DNA of 38,371 bases from a virus. Taxonomy: Duplodnaviria > Caudoviricetes. Position 1 is the stretch's first letter; the number at the start of each line of letters is the position of its first letter. Below are positions 1-8,082 of this stretch, in pieces. The notes under the pieces were generated by a model. The model was given only the letters and a program-made list of their open reading frames with translations, did no database searches and was not told where the DNA came from. A program made the translations under genes and the position numbers. Where the stretch lies: positions 1 through 38,371 of IMG/VR virus record IMGVR_UViG_3300043480_000006; one strand, written 5' to 3'.

Positions 1-127
1 CCTTACGCCGGGCCAAAGAGAGGCCGCGCTTGTCCGTGTCAGACAGGACATTACAGACCAACTCGGACGCCAGAGAGACGCCGGGACAGGTTCAATCGAC
101 AACCTGCGTCAGGCTCAATGGTCGCAG
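1..127. repeat. Terminal direct repeat, identical to 38245..38371 (circular assembly overlap)
   Basis: Exact 127-nt match to the window end; a reading frame continues across the junction. Confidence 0.97.
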
Positions 128-628
128 CAGAACTTGGCTTCACTGATCGGCCCACAGCGCGCGCAAGACTATATTGATGAACTTTCGGCTCGCGTTCAGC
201 AGACGCAGCGAGCAGGTCGCGTATCTCCGAATACGAACAGCCAGACGTTCGGTAGAATGGCGGACGAGCAGACTCTAGGTGCCGCGAATGCAATGTCTGC
301 CATCGTGGACACAGCGCAAAGCATGAGGGGCGACCTGAACGCGGGGGGCCGCACTGTGGACCGCATTGCTGGATGGTTCGCTCGGGCAGGCATGTCGCCA
401 GAAGAGCGCTCGGCAATCGTCAATATGGGCGTAGGTTCGGCGGACGATCTGGAGCGTGTCCTGATGCTCGCGGAACAGGCTCGCCAGCGCGGACAGCAAG
501 CGCCGCGCGCGGTGATTGATTTTGTCCACCGGATCGAGGCGAACATCGGAGGCCAGACAGCGGCTCGCTTTGAATCGGCTCTTTTAGGGTCAACATCACG
601 AGCAGCAGCGGAAGAAGAACCCCAGTGA
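2..628 (+). CDS. C-terminal part of the large ejection/DNA-transfer protein that starts at 36701
   Basis: The frame from the ATG at 36701 stays open to the window end and continues in frame from position 2 (LTPGQREAAL...) to TGA at 628, about 723 aa in total. It occupies the P22 gp16 position before the tailspike. Confidence 0.75.
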   Translation, partial: LTPGQREAALVRVRQDITDQLGRQRDAGTGSIDNLRQAQWSQQNLASLIGPQRAQDYIDELSARVQQTQRAGRVSPNTNSQTFGRMADEQTLGAANAMSAIVDTAQSMRGDLNAGGRTVDRIAGWFARAGMSPEERSAIVNMGVGSADDLERVLMLAEQARQRGQQAPRAVIDFVHRIEANIGGQTAARFESALLGSTSRAAAEEEPQ

Positions 629-677
629 AGGGGTTGGCGCACCACCACAAAAAACATACCATGAGAAATAATTTCAT
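420..677 (-). CDS. Possible small antisense membrane protein at the superinfection-exclusion position
   Basis: AGAGGG just before the ATG; hydrophobic N-terminus MKLFLMVCFLWWCANPFTGVLLPLLLVMLTL; overlaps the 3' end of the ejection gene. Confidence 0.35.
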   Translation of the reverse strand: MKLFLMVCFLWWCANPFTGVLLPLLLVMLTLKEPIQSEPLSGLRCSPRSGGQNQSPRAALAVRAGEPVPRASGHAPDRPPNLRPY

Positions 678-704
678 GGCCCTCTATAACACGGATTATT
701 GATT

Positions 705-2828
705 ATGGCCGCAGGTCGCCTTTTCCTCCCCGGTTGGATGCCAGCCCTTGATAACAACGGCGATCCGATTCCAAATGCGCGCGCTTATTTCTATCAGAAC
801 AAAACTGATATTCTGGCGTCTGTGTTCTCTGATGAGGGGCTGTCGGTCCCGCTGTCGAATCCGCTTTTGGCTAACTCGTCTGGACGCTTCCCCGCGATCT
901 GGGCCAGCGATGCCCTGACATACAGCTACAGCATCGACGCGGCTTATGGTCCAGCGGGCATTCCGTTCACGGGCGACGACCTGTCTGTATCTCAGGGCGT
1001 GGCGATCATGGTGGCCGAGGCTGCGGAGGCGGCTGCTGACGATGCTGCGGCGAGCGCTGCCGCTGCTTTGGTGTCTGAGAACAACTCAGAAACCGCCTAT
1101 CAAGAAATCCTTGCGTTTGCCGCCACAGCCCCGGAAGCTCCCTCCATTGTGAACAAACTAAACCGAAACGGCGACAACGCTGATCCGGCTCTATTGTCGA
1201 ATATCGGCGCTCTAGATAATTCTCTAAATCTGTCCGACCTGTCAAATCCTGCATTAGGATTCGACAATCTTCTCACGTCGTCAGATGCGATTGGCTTTGT
1301 TCCATCATCTCCTAACCTGATTCTCGAAAAAACTCCCGTCGATTTGGTAGATATGCTGTCGAATGTGCAGCGTCAGGATGTGAGGGACGGAACGCCTACC
1401 GGCGACTATGCTCCCTATCTGCAATCTCAACTCGATGTCATGATTGTGGATCGGAGAAATGGAACGCTGCCTGCCACCCCAACGGCCCTTCGACTGGAAA
1501 CCGCCGTCGTCGCCTCCCTGCCGGAGCGTGGAACCAGCAGCATGGTCTCGTCATTCGAGATGATCGGGCGGGGGATGAAGAACACCGTCTTTGTCAGCCA
1601 TGTTGCTGGCGGACCGGCTCTTACTTTCACCCACGATCTTGCGGGTACGGCTGAGCCAGGCGGGGCGGGCTATGTTACGTCCGGGTATGTAGAGGGCCTG
1701 ATGCTTCGCGGATTCGGGCTCCGTTCCGCTCTCGGAACGCCTAGCGATGGCATCAAGATCGAAAATGCCATCAACCCGGTTATTGAGGCGATTGAGAGCT
1801 TCGGGTTCCACGGTAAGGGGTTGGAGATCACAGCGTTTGCTGATCCTGACATTGACACCACCTCCATGCCGACCATTCGAAGCTGCCGGTTACAGGGCAA
1901 CGACTACGGCCTGTACATCGCGGCGCAGACTTCGGGCGCTCTGGCGGTGTCTCAGGGCTTAATCGAAAACTGCTGGATGCTCGGCAATCGCAAGGACGGC
2001 ATTTACGCCTCCGGCTTCGATCAGCTTCGCCTGCTCTACAACGCCATTCAAGCTAACGGAGATAACGCCGGGGCAAACGACTACGGCGGAATGCACGTCG
2101 CCAACTTCGGGACGACGCCTAAAAACCTGTTCTCCATGGGCAATGAATGGGGCAACGGAAACAGGGCGCATAACCTCAAGATTGACGGCATCCTCTCTAT
2201 GAGAAGCTTTATGGACCGGTGGGTCACAAACTCGGCTGAGTTCGACTTCCCTACGCCCGTCTCGATCATTATGGGCGACGGGACCAGCGTTTGCCGGAAC
2301 TGGACCATCGAGCGTCCTCAGATCATATGCCATCCTTCTGTTGCTCACACCTTTGTTCAGGTCCCGAGTACTGCATCGGCAGTTCACAACAGCGCCATTC
2401 TTGATCCAGACTTAGTGCAATGGGGTGCGGCGGGCCAAATCTTGGTAAACGAGCCTAGCAGGGTTACAGAGGTTCGCCTGACTGCTGACGAACCTAGATC
2501 ACGCCCCAGGCCCCCCAAGGTTCTTGTTGTTTCCGGCCCTGCCGCACTTAACCTAAATGAGGGCAGCATATTCCGGGTGTACGCTGCTGGAAACATAACC
2601 ATATCCCTGACGGGCGGAGCAGGCGGAATCAGGCCGGGCGAGGCGTTTGATATCTTCATTGAAAACCAGACGGTGGGGGATATTACTGTAACCTTCCCCG
2701 CCAACATGGAACCCGGAGGGTTTGTCGCCCCACCGGCTGGGAAAATGGTATGCACTAGATTTGTGTACCATCCACTTGGGAAATTCATTCCGTTGAGCGG
2801 GTGGAGCCCAGAGATAACGATGGCATAA
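705..2828 (+). CDS. Tailspike / receptor-binding protein with putative beta-helix depolymerase domain
   Basis: N-terminal P22-like head-binding motif (LDNNGDPIPNARAYFY...NPLLANSSGRFPAIW), Ala-rich linker, and G/N/I-rich beta-helix-like repeats (GNDYGLYI, GNRKDGIY). Confidence 0.82.
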   Translation: MAAGRLFLPGWMPALDNNGDPIPNARAYFYQNKTDILASVFSDEGLSVPLSNPLLANSSGRFPAIWASDALTYSYSIDAAYGPAGIPFTGDDLSVSQGVAIMVAEAAEAAADDAAASAAAALVSENNSETAYQEILAFAATAPEAPSIVNKLNRNGDNADPALLSNIGALDNSLNLSDLSNPALGFDNLLTSSDAIGFVPSSPNLILEKTPVDLVDMLSNVQRQDVRDGTPTGDYAPYLQSQLDVMIVDRRNGTLPATPTALRLETAVVASLPERGTSSMVSSFEMIGRGMKNTVFVSHVAGGPALTFTHDLAGTAEPGGAGYVTSGYVEGLMLRGFGLRSALGTPSDGIKIENAINPVIEAIESFGFHGKGLEITAFADPDIDTTSMPTIRSCRLQGNDYGLYIAAQTSGALAVSQGLIENCWMLGNRKDGIYASGFDQLRLLYNAIQANGDNAGANDYGGMHVANFGTTPKNLFSMGNEWGNGNRAHNLKIDGILSMRSFMDRWVTNSAEFDFPTPVSIIMGDGTSVCRNWTIERPQIICHPSVAHTFVQVPSTASAVHNSAILDPDLVQWGAAGQILVNEPSRVTEVRLTADEPRSRPRPPKVLVVSGPAALNLNEGSIFRVYAAGNITISLTGGAGGIRPGEAFDIFIENQTVGDITVTFPANMEPGGFVAPPAGKMVCTRFVYHPLGKFIPLSGWSPEITMA

Positions 2829-2840
2829 GTGGTTACAATC

Positions 2841-2875
2841 CCGGCAATCCTGCCGGTTCGTAGGAGACTAAACAA
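2841..2875 (+). promoter_or_regulatory. Leader hairpin plus RBS, paralogous to 30132..30181
   Basis: CCGGCA-atcc-TGCCGG hairpin, then TAGGAGACTAAAC; TACAAT at 2834-2839. Confidence 0.5.
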
Positions 2876-2965
2876 ATGATGAAACGAGGCCCTGTAACCG
2901 GCGATCCAGTTCCGAAGAAGCCGCCTGTTCGTGCGTCTTCGGGCAAGCCGTCGAAGAAGAAGTAG
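2876..2965 (+). CDS. 29-aa Pro/Lys-rich peptide MMKRGPVTGDPVPKKPPVRASSGKPSKKK (not in ORF track)
   Basis: Strong AGGAG RBS, ATG at 2876, TAG at 2963-2965, 5 nt before the next gene. Confidence 0.65.
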   Translation: MMKRGPVTGDPVPKKPPVRASSGKPSKKK

Positions 2966-2970
2966 CATAG

Positions 2971-3372
2971 ATGCTGACGGTCTATTTCACGGTTCTGGTT
3001 GTCGCGATGTGCGCGGCGTATCTTACTGAGTCGTCTCGCCCCGCCGTGATGATCTTGGCTGCATCTTGGGCCGTCAGCTTTCTAAGCGAAATGATTGGCC
3101 TTCGCGACATGGCCGTGTTTATCGACGCGGCTACGTTCTGGGGTATGGTGTGGTGCCTTATGAAGCATCCCACGAAGGGCGCTGTAAGCGCGGCGCACTT
3201 TATCGCCCTGATGATTGGAACTCATTTTGTGTTTGAATTGACCTATCGCCTTGGATGGTATGTTCCCGGACTGTATATGTGGACCTTGAATGGACTGTAT
3301 ATGGCCGCAGTATTTTCATTGATCGGTGCTCAGCCCAAGCCCGTCCGCGTTAGACGACGGGCGGGGGCTTAA
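2971..3372 (+). CDS. Multi-pass (about 4-5 TM) membrane protein, function unknown
   Basis: Several hydrophobic segments and a basic C-terminal tail; stop overlaps the next start. Confidence 0.7.
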   Translation: MLTVYFTVLVVAMCAAYLTESSRPAVMILAASWAVSFLSEMIGLRDMAVFIDAATFWGMVWCLMKHPTKGAVSAAHFIALMIGTHFVFELTYRLGWYVPGLYMWTLNGLYMAAVFSLIGAQPKPVRVRRRAGA

Positions 3373-3740
3373 TGTCTTCTGGCGAAGAAATAATGATGCC
3401 CGTCTCAAAGCCGGAGGCGCAGGCTCTGTCAGAAATACACGCCTTGAGAGGGCTGACCGACGCCGTCGCCACACTGACCCGGCAGACCGAGCGCATGAAC
3501 GCGAAGATGGACGACGTGCGTGAACGGGTGATCAAGCTAGAAGCGCGGGAGTATGAGCGCCAGATCGAGACGCTGAACCTACGGCTGGAAGCCTACGAAA
3601 CTCGGGTGAACGACCTTGAGGGAACGCGCGATCAGCAGATGGGCGCGAAAAGCCTGTTGGACTGGCTTCGGCACTTTGCGCCATGGATTCTTGCGTTCGG
3701 GGCCGGGTTCGGCATTAAAGCAGCGGGAGTAGGGTCGTGA
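3372..3740 (+). CDS. Coiled-coil protein with C-terminal TM (holin/antiholin-like)
   Basis: Heptad-rich middle, hydrophobic C-terminus, located in the lysis cassette. Confidence 0.55.
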   Translation: MSSGEEIMMPVSKPEAQALSEIHALRGLTDAVATLTRQTERMNAKMDDVRERVIKLEAREYERQIETLNLRLEAYETRVNDLEGTRDQQMGAKSLLDWLRHFAPWILAFGAGFGIKAAGVGS

Positions 3741-4027
3741 AGCGGGATTATCAGACACTAGACGCCGTGGTGGTGATAGGATCGCTGACTATCGTGGGCG
3801 GCGGATGCGTCGCGCTGGCCCTTGTGAAGATTCCGAGCGAGAACTTGGCCGTTCTGGCGGGCCTGCTAGGGACTATCGCAGGCACGATTCTGGGCGGATA
3901 CGCAGGGTTCAGGTGGGGAGCGTCCGTGGCGCAGAAGACAGCCCCCGATACCGCCAAGGAAGCCGCTAATCGGGTCGCTGAAGCAGCTGACACTGAGGCT
4001 GATGTTATTTCTGGAACGGCTGAATAA
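3737..4027 (+). CDS. Putative holin (2 TM)
   Basis: Two TM helices and a charged C-terminus, upstream of the endolysin; GTGA overlap. Confidence 0.6.
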   Translation: MKRDYQTLDAVVVIGSLTIVGGGCVALALVKIPSENLAVLAGLLGTIAGTILGGYAGFRWGASVAQKTAPDTAKEAANRVAEAADTEADVISGTAE

Positions 4028-4057
4028 AAACGGCCCCCTGCATGAGCAAGGGGACCG
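4027..4057 (-). terminator. Rho-independent terminator
   Basis: CGGTCCCCTTGC-tcat-GCAGGGGGCCG-TTTT on the minus strand; a G-U pair there would be a C-A mismatch on the plus strand. Confidence 0.6.
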
Positions 4058-4100
4058 CTTTTCATCACCTCGGCAAGCGAGGGTGACTTGGCTTAAGCAC
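4027..4100 (-). ncRNA. Putative antisense small RNA 1 (about 70 nt)
   Basis: Minus-strand TTGACA-N17-GAGGAT (4133-4105), hairpin 4065-4086, intrinsic terminator 4057-4027. Confidence 0.45.
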
Positions 4101-4137
4101 CGGCATCCTCACGCGCTTGGCCTATAATGTCAAGCGG

Positions 4138-4180
4138 AAAAAGCAGAACGCCCCCGAAGCTAGGCAACGAGGGCGTCTGT
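4138..4180 (-). terminator. Rho-independent terminator
   Basis: CAGACGCCCTCG...CGGGGGCGTTCTGC-TTTTT on the minus strand. Confidence 0.6.
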
Positions 4181-4243
4181 CCGTTAGCGTTGGCTCCGCG
4201 TCACGGGGCAGTCGGGGCGACATGGCTTCCCATACCCACCGTG
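4138..4243 (-). ncRNA. Putative antisense small RNA 2 (about 100 nt)
   Basis: Minus-strand TTGCCA (4274-4269) with a GATTGT or TAGGAT -10, GTCACGG/CCGTGAC stem, terminator 4180-4138. Confidence 0.45.
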
Positions 4244-4294
4244 ACACAATCCTACAAATCCGCTATGATGGCAAGCGGAAAAACAGGAAACCGC

Positions 4295-4876
4295 ATGACT
4301 CGCGAAACCGACAACGAATCGTTCGCCCGCCACGTCCAGCGTTGGCTAGGTGTCTCGCCTGACGGATGGGCCGGGAAGAACACAGTCGAGGCGTTTAATA
4401 AGCGTGTGGGGCTGGAGATTCCGGAACACCTAGGCTGGCCCGACCCTGAGCTAATCGCCGCGCTCAAACAAGATGAAGGCCTGCGACTGACGGCATACAA
4501 AGACACCGTTGGCGTCTGGACTGTCGGTTATGGTCACGCGCATGTTCCGCCTGGAACTGTCTGGACGGCGAGTCAGGCCGAACAAGCGCTGATCGCAGAC
4601 GTGAAGCGCCACAACGACGAGCTAGAGCGGAAGATTCCGTGGATCAACAACCTTGATCCTGTTCGCCGCCGCGTTCTTCAGAACATGGCGTTCAATCTTG
4701 GGATCGGGAACGCAGCCAGCGGGACCGGCCTGCTTGGGTTCAAGAACACGCTGGAATATGTGCGGACCGGTCAATACGCGAAAGCCGCTGACGGAATGCG
4801 CGCGTCTAAATGGGCGCGTCAGGTTAAGGGTCGGGCCGTTCGTCTGGCGCGTGAGATGGAAACGGGGCAGGCATGA
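4295..4876 (+). CDS. Endolysin, GH24 (T4-like) lysozyme with short N-terminal PG-binding-like segment
   Basis: DEGLRLTAYKDTVGVWTVGYGH catalytic E-D-T motif, NMAFNLG, SKWARQVKGRAVRL; N-terminal VQRWLGVSPDGWAGKNT. Start taken at the ATG at 4295, after AGGA. Confidence 0.9.
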   Translation: MTRETDNESFARHVQRWLGVSPDGWAGKNTVEAFNKRVGLEIPEHLGWPDPELIAALKQDEGLRLTAYKDTVGVWTVGYGHAHVPPGTVWTASQAEQALIADVKRHNDELERKIPWINNLDPVRRRVLQNMAFNLGIGNAASGTGLLGFKNTLEYVRTGQYAKAADGMRASKWARQVKGRAVRLAREMETGQA

Positions 4877-5268
4877 TCTGGTGGTCCGCACTCGACGGCT
4901 TCATGCGTAAAGTTGTCGCCCTGTCCGTTCTGGCGCTGATTCTCGTCCTGATCCTGTTCACGGTCTCGTTCTGCCATCAGCGGGATAAGGCCGCGCGATC
5001 TTCCGCTGAAAATCGAACATCTCAAGCTCAAGCTGGCCTAGGTTCAGACGCGGCGATCATCACAGACGCGCAGACTAAGGCCGAGTCTGAAAACGCTTCC
5101 ATCACGACCAGAAACAGGGACGATATTCTCAATGCCGACAACGCACACGAAAACGCTGGCGATGCTGGCGATGCTGGCCTGCGGTCTGTCTGTAACCGCG
5201 TGCTCTACCGTGACAGTCCAAGGTGTGTTGAACTGCGCCGCACTGATCGGGCCAACGCTGCGCGCTGA
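4873..5268 (+). CDS. i-spanin (Rz-like)
   Basis: N-terminal TM, polar periplasmic domain and a C-terminal Cys pair; follows the endolysin. Confidence 0.75.
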   Translation: MIWWSALDGFMRKVVALSVLALILVLILFTVSFCHQRDKAARSSAENRTSQAQAGLGSDAAIITDAQTKAESENASITTRNRDDILNADNAHENAGDAGDAGLRSVCNRVLYRDSPRCVELRRTDRANAAR

Positions 5269-5452
5269 TGTTCAAGGTGCCGATCTGCCGACTGAAAACA
5301 CTGTCGGGGAATGGGTCGCGTTTGGAGACGCGCAGACCGGCAAACTTGAAGATGCGAACGGACGGCGTGCATCTGTGGTCGAGGTGGTGGATCGGTGTCA
5401 GGCGGAACAGGCGAGGCTAACTAAGAAGCCGTGGTGGAGGGTTTTGGGTTAA
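5162..5452 (+). CDS. o-spanin lipoprotein (Rz1-like)
   Basis: Lipobox-like LSVTA-C, overlaps the i-spanin 3' end in another frame, ends in KKPWWRVLG. Confidence 0.75.
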   Translation: MLAMLACGLSVTACSTVTVQGVLNCAALIGPTLRADVQGADLPTENTVGEWVAFGDAQTGKLEDANGRRASVVEVVDRCQAEQARLTKKPWWRVLG

Positions 5453-5615
5453 GGATTCGAAGTTCTGTCCAGAAACTTGGGAAGAACATGCTCGGCTTAC
5501 CGAGACTGGGAATGAAACATATCCAAATCGGCCTCCACCACACCCAGCCCGTTCTAGTTCTGGTCGGAAGATAGGCGAAGTCGGGAACTCGGCTGACGCT
5601 AAACAATCCACTCAT
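5421..5615 (-). CDS. Hypothetical protein (MSGLFSVSRVP...)
   Basis: GAGGAG RBS; last gene of the leftward arm. Confidence 0.45.
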   Translation of the reverse strand: MSGLFSVSRVPDFAYLPTRTRTGWVWWRPIWICFIPSLGKPSMFFPSFWTELRILNPKPSTTAS

Positions 5616-5619
5616 GGAG

Positions 5620-5811
5620 CTACTCCTCTCCAGCCGGGGGCGGGGAGACCATTTGTCGGGGGTCCGAAACATGGTCGGCGGACAAAAACCGAATGGTCGC
5701 GGCTGCATCGTCCAGCAAAGCGGCTGTGTGTTCAGATGACGGTCCACCTTGACGATAGGACGCCGCCCTTTCCTCCAGCCGCTCCACCAGGGCCTCAGTG
5801 GCGGGGGTCAT
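5620..5811 (-). CDS. Hypothetical protein
   Basis: ATGA coupling; LVERLEERA...LLDDAAATI motif typical of phage early proteins. Confidence 0.6.
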   Translation of the reverse strand: MTPATEALVERLEERAASYRQGGPSSEHTAALLDDAAATIRFLSADHVSDPRQMVSPPPAGEE

Positions 5812-6149
5812 TGGGCGGGCCTGAACATGTTTCGGATCGTGATAAAAAGTGAGGCCCAAAAAGGATTGCGGGTAGGTTTCCCGAGAAGGCAGGACATCGT
5901 TGCGGCTACAACCTCAGGCTCAATCCTTGGGAAGCGGACATAATTATTCGCTGTCTTCTGCTGGATAGTAAGCGGCCATGGCCCTACAAGATCGCACCTG
6001 TCAAACGTGCAGTTTATGGCCGAAGCGCTTATTCTGGAGCCGCCCCTTAGTTCCATCACACAGTCCAAGAAGGTAGAACCGACCATCTGTCGTCCATCAA
6101 CCACGATCCACTCACCGACTCGGGTCTCGTTGATTATGTCGTCACTCAT
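5808..6149 (-). CDS. Hypothetical protein
   Basis: ATGA-coupled on both sides. Confidence 0.6.
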   Translation of the reverse strand: MSDDIINETRVGEWIVVDGRQMVGSTFLDCVMELRGGSRISASAINCTFDRCDLVGPWPLTIQQKTANNYVRFPRIEPEVVAATMSCLLGKPTRNPFWASLFITIRNMFRPAQ

Positions 6150-6646
6150 GTCTTCGGCTCCATGCTGGCGAGGAAGGTGCGGGCGTCACCGATCATCCGG
6201 TGTGAGACGAGGCAGCTATCCTCGTTGCAGTCAAAGGCGTCGCCGACGATCAGACCGACCAGCCCCACCGCCTCGTCGCGCTGGCGCTTAAGGTCGTCCC
6301 GCCCTGTGCGCAGCGCCGCGATCTCGGCAAGTAAGGCTAGGAAGCGGGCGGGGTTGGCGGCTGCGATGAAGCGAGCGTTGCTGTGAGATTGACGCCCCTC
6401 TTCCCATGTGACCGCTACGCCCTCTGGAGCCAACTGGCGGGCTCCGGGAGGGCATGAGTCGAGCCATCCCCACTGGTTTCCGTTTGTCGCCGTGTGACGG
6501 TTCGTCCTGAGATACCAAGGCCCTGGCGTCGCCGCCTCATCCAGCCGCGCCAGTTCCGCATGGTCGGTCAACCGCGATCCTGTCTCGTTGCAGATGCCGC
6601 AGCCCTCGGGGCCGGTTCCGCTCTTGATGCAGATGCAGTCACTCAT
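6146..6646 (-). CDS. Ead/Ea22-like protein
   Basis: AATPGPW...NARFIAAANPARFLALLAEI motif. Confidence 0.75.
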   Translation of the reverse strand: MSDCICIKSGTGPEGCGICNETGSRLTDHAELARLDEAATPGPWYLRTNRHTATNGNQWGWLDSCPPGARQLAPEGVAVTWEEGRQSHSNARFIAAANPARFLALLAEIAALRTGRDDLKRQRDEAVGLVGLIVGDAFDCNEDSCLVSHRMIGDARTFLASMEPKT

Positions 6647-6866
6647 GGCCCGCACCGCCTTCCGACTGCGCTGCGGGAGGGGTGGTGTAGCGACTGCCGG
6701 GCTGACCTGGCTCGTTTGCCCCCGTGCAGGCATTTTCATGGTGGGTCGATTTTGGGCACCGCTTGTTGCCGCAGTCGAGGCAGACGATCATTCGCATTGC
6801 CGTCAGGGGGAAGCCGGACAAGGGGTCGCGCTGGCCCTTGAGGCATTCATAGCAACCGCACGTCAC
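6639..6866 (-). CDS. Small Cys-rich (Zn-binding-like) phage protein
   Basis: CGCYEC...MIVCLDCGNKRCPKSTHHENACTGANEPGQPGS; GTGA coupling. Confidence 0.7.
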   Translation of the reverse strand: MTCGCYECLKGQRDPLSGFPLTAMRMIVCLDCGNKRCPKSTHHENACTGANEPGQPGSRYTTPPAAQSEGGAGHE

Positions 6867-8080
6867 AACGCACCCCCGGTCTCGCCGGTCAGGGCGCTGT
6901 CGTAGCGGTAGGTGAGGGCGCTGGCCTTGGTCGGCCCGCCAGTTTCGAGGTCCACGATGGGCGACCCCTTCAGGCAGGCCGCGTGGCATGTGCCCTCCGT
7001 TATGTCCGTGGCGCACAGATCGTCAGGCTTGAACGTCACCGCGCAGATCGGGCAGTCTTCCACCTCTCCCCCGCCAGTCGGCTCGGTGCGGAGGGCGGAA
7101 GCTGCGCGCTCAAATTCTGTAGCGCCAACGAACGAGGATGGCGGCCTTCCGCTTACCTCAGCCAGTCGAGCGGCTTCCGCGAACGGCTCTAGGGCGGCGT
7201 ATATCGCGGCGACAGTGTGCCCCTCTCCTATAGAGCATTCTAGATCGTGCTCCGACATTCCTCCATCACGGATCATCTGGTATTTCTCTCGATGCGAGAC
7301 CCCACCCTCGGCGGCGACCGGGGCTAGGGCGGCTCGGCAGTGTTTCGACGCCGCATCGCACTCCGACGCGATGACCTCCGACAGCTTGCGGCGGGTGCGT
7401 TTCCCGGTGTCCGGGCTCACCTCATACACTGCTCCTCCGTTCGCCAAGCGCGTCAGCATGTCGTAGTGATCGCGAGCCTTCTCCAGAGCCTCCCGCAAAG
7501 CCTCCACCACCCCGCCGCTATCGGGTTGGACGGGGGTGGATCGACCCATGAAGTCGGCCAGTTCGTCGCGCGTGATGAGGCACATTTCCGGGTAATCCTC
7601 CGGCGACGTGCGGTCATCGACCTCGCAAAGCTCAGTCCATGCGGCATCGACAGCATCCTCCCTCGCCGCCAGGACGGGGGCCGGGCGGGTGAAGGAAGCG
7701 GCTTGATCCAGATAGTCCGCAGCTTGGTTGATGTCGTGCAGGCTATTGTTCTTGCCGCGCATCCTGAGAACCGCAGCCTTGGCTTTCCAAGCCACCGGCT
7801 CCGCACCGGCTGACGGCTGGGCGGCGAGGGCTTCACGCAGTTCATCAAATAGGGGTCCGCGCAGGTTAGCGTCAGCTCGTTCAGACTCAAAATCGGCAGG
7901 GTGTTTGGCCACCAAGTCGCACCAGTCGATCACTGCTTGAGCAGCATCTCGCAGTGTCGGGTCAGCCATCCCGGCTGGCGTGGGGGCTTGGCTGCAATCG
8001 CATGGGCCATTCGGATAGGCAGGCTCATTGTGTAGAGCGCAGTCGCTGTCGTGACCGGCTGGCGTGGGGGCGTTAGTCAT
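6863..8080 (-). CDS. Mosaic multi-module early protein
   Basis: Modules HDSDCALHNEPAYPNGPCDC, DDRTSPEDYPEMCLIT and CPIC...CHAAC joined by Ala/Pro linkers. Confidence 0.7.
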   Translation of the reverse strand: MTNAPTPAGHDSDCALHNEPAYPNGPCDCSQAPTPAGMADPTLRDAAQAVIDWCDLVAKHPADFESERADANLRGPLFDELREALAAQPSAGAEPVAWKAKAAVLRMRGKNNSLHDINQAADYLDQAASFTRPAPVLAAREDAVDAAWTELCEVDDRTSPEDYPEMCLITRDELADFMGRSTPVQPDSGGVVEALREALEKARDHYDMLTRLANGGAVYEVSPDTGKRTRRKLSEVIASECDAASKHCRAALAPVAAEGGVSHREKYQMIRDGGMSEHDLECSIGEGHTVAAIYAALEPFAEAARLAEVSGRPPSSFVGATEFERAASALRTEPTGGGEVEDCPICAVTFKPDDLCATDITEGTCHAACLKGSPIVDLETGGPTKASALTYRYDSALTGETGGAL

Positions 8081-8082
8081 GG

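Noticed and set aside
1-127. 127-nt terminal repeat as a biological DTR
   Set aside because: 127 is a common assembler k-mer length and the repeat lies mid-gene. It indicates circular or permuted assembly, not physical ends.
4027-4290. Mini-CRISPR array or solitary CRISPR repeat
   Set aside because: Only two non-palindromic 21-nt repeats, 141 nt apart, with no recognisable CRISPR repeat end motif.
4127-4294. N-terminal extension of the endolysin in the ORF track
   Set aside because: It crosses hairpin/terminator structures and has no good RBS; the ATG at 4295 fits better.
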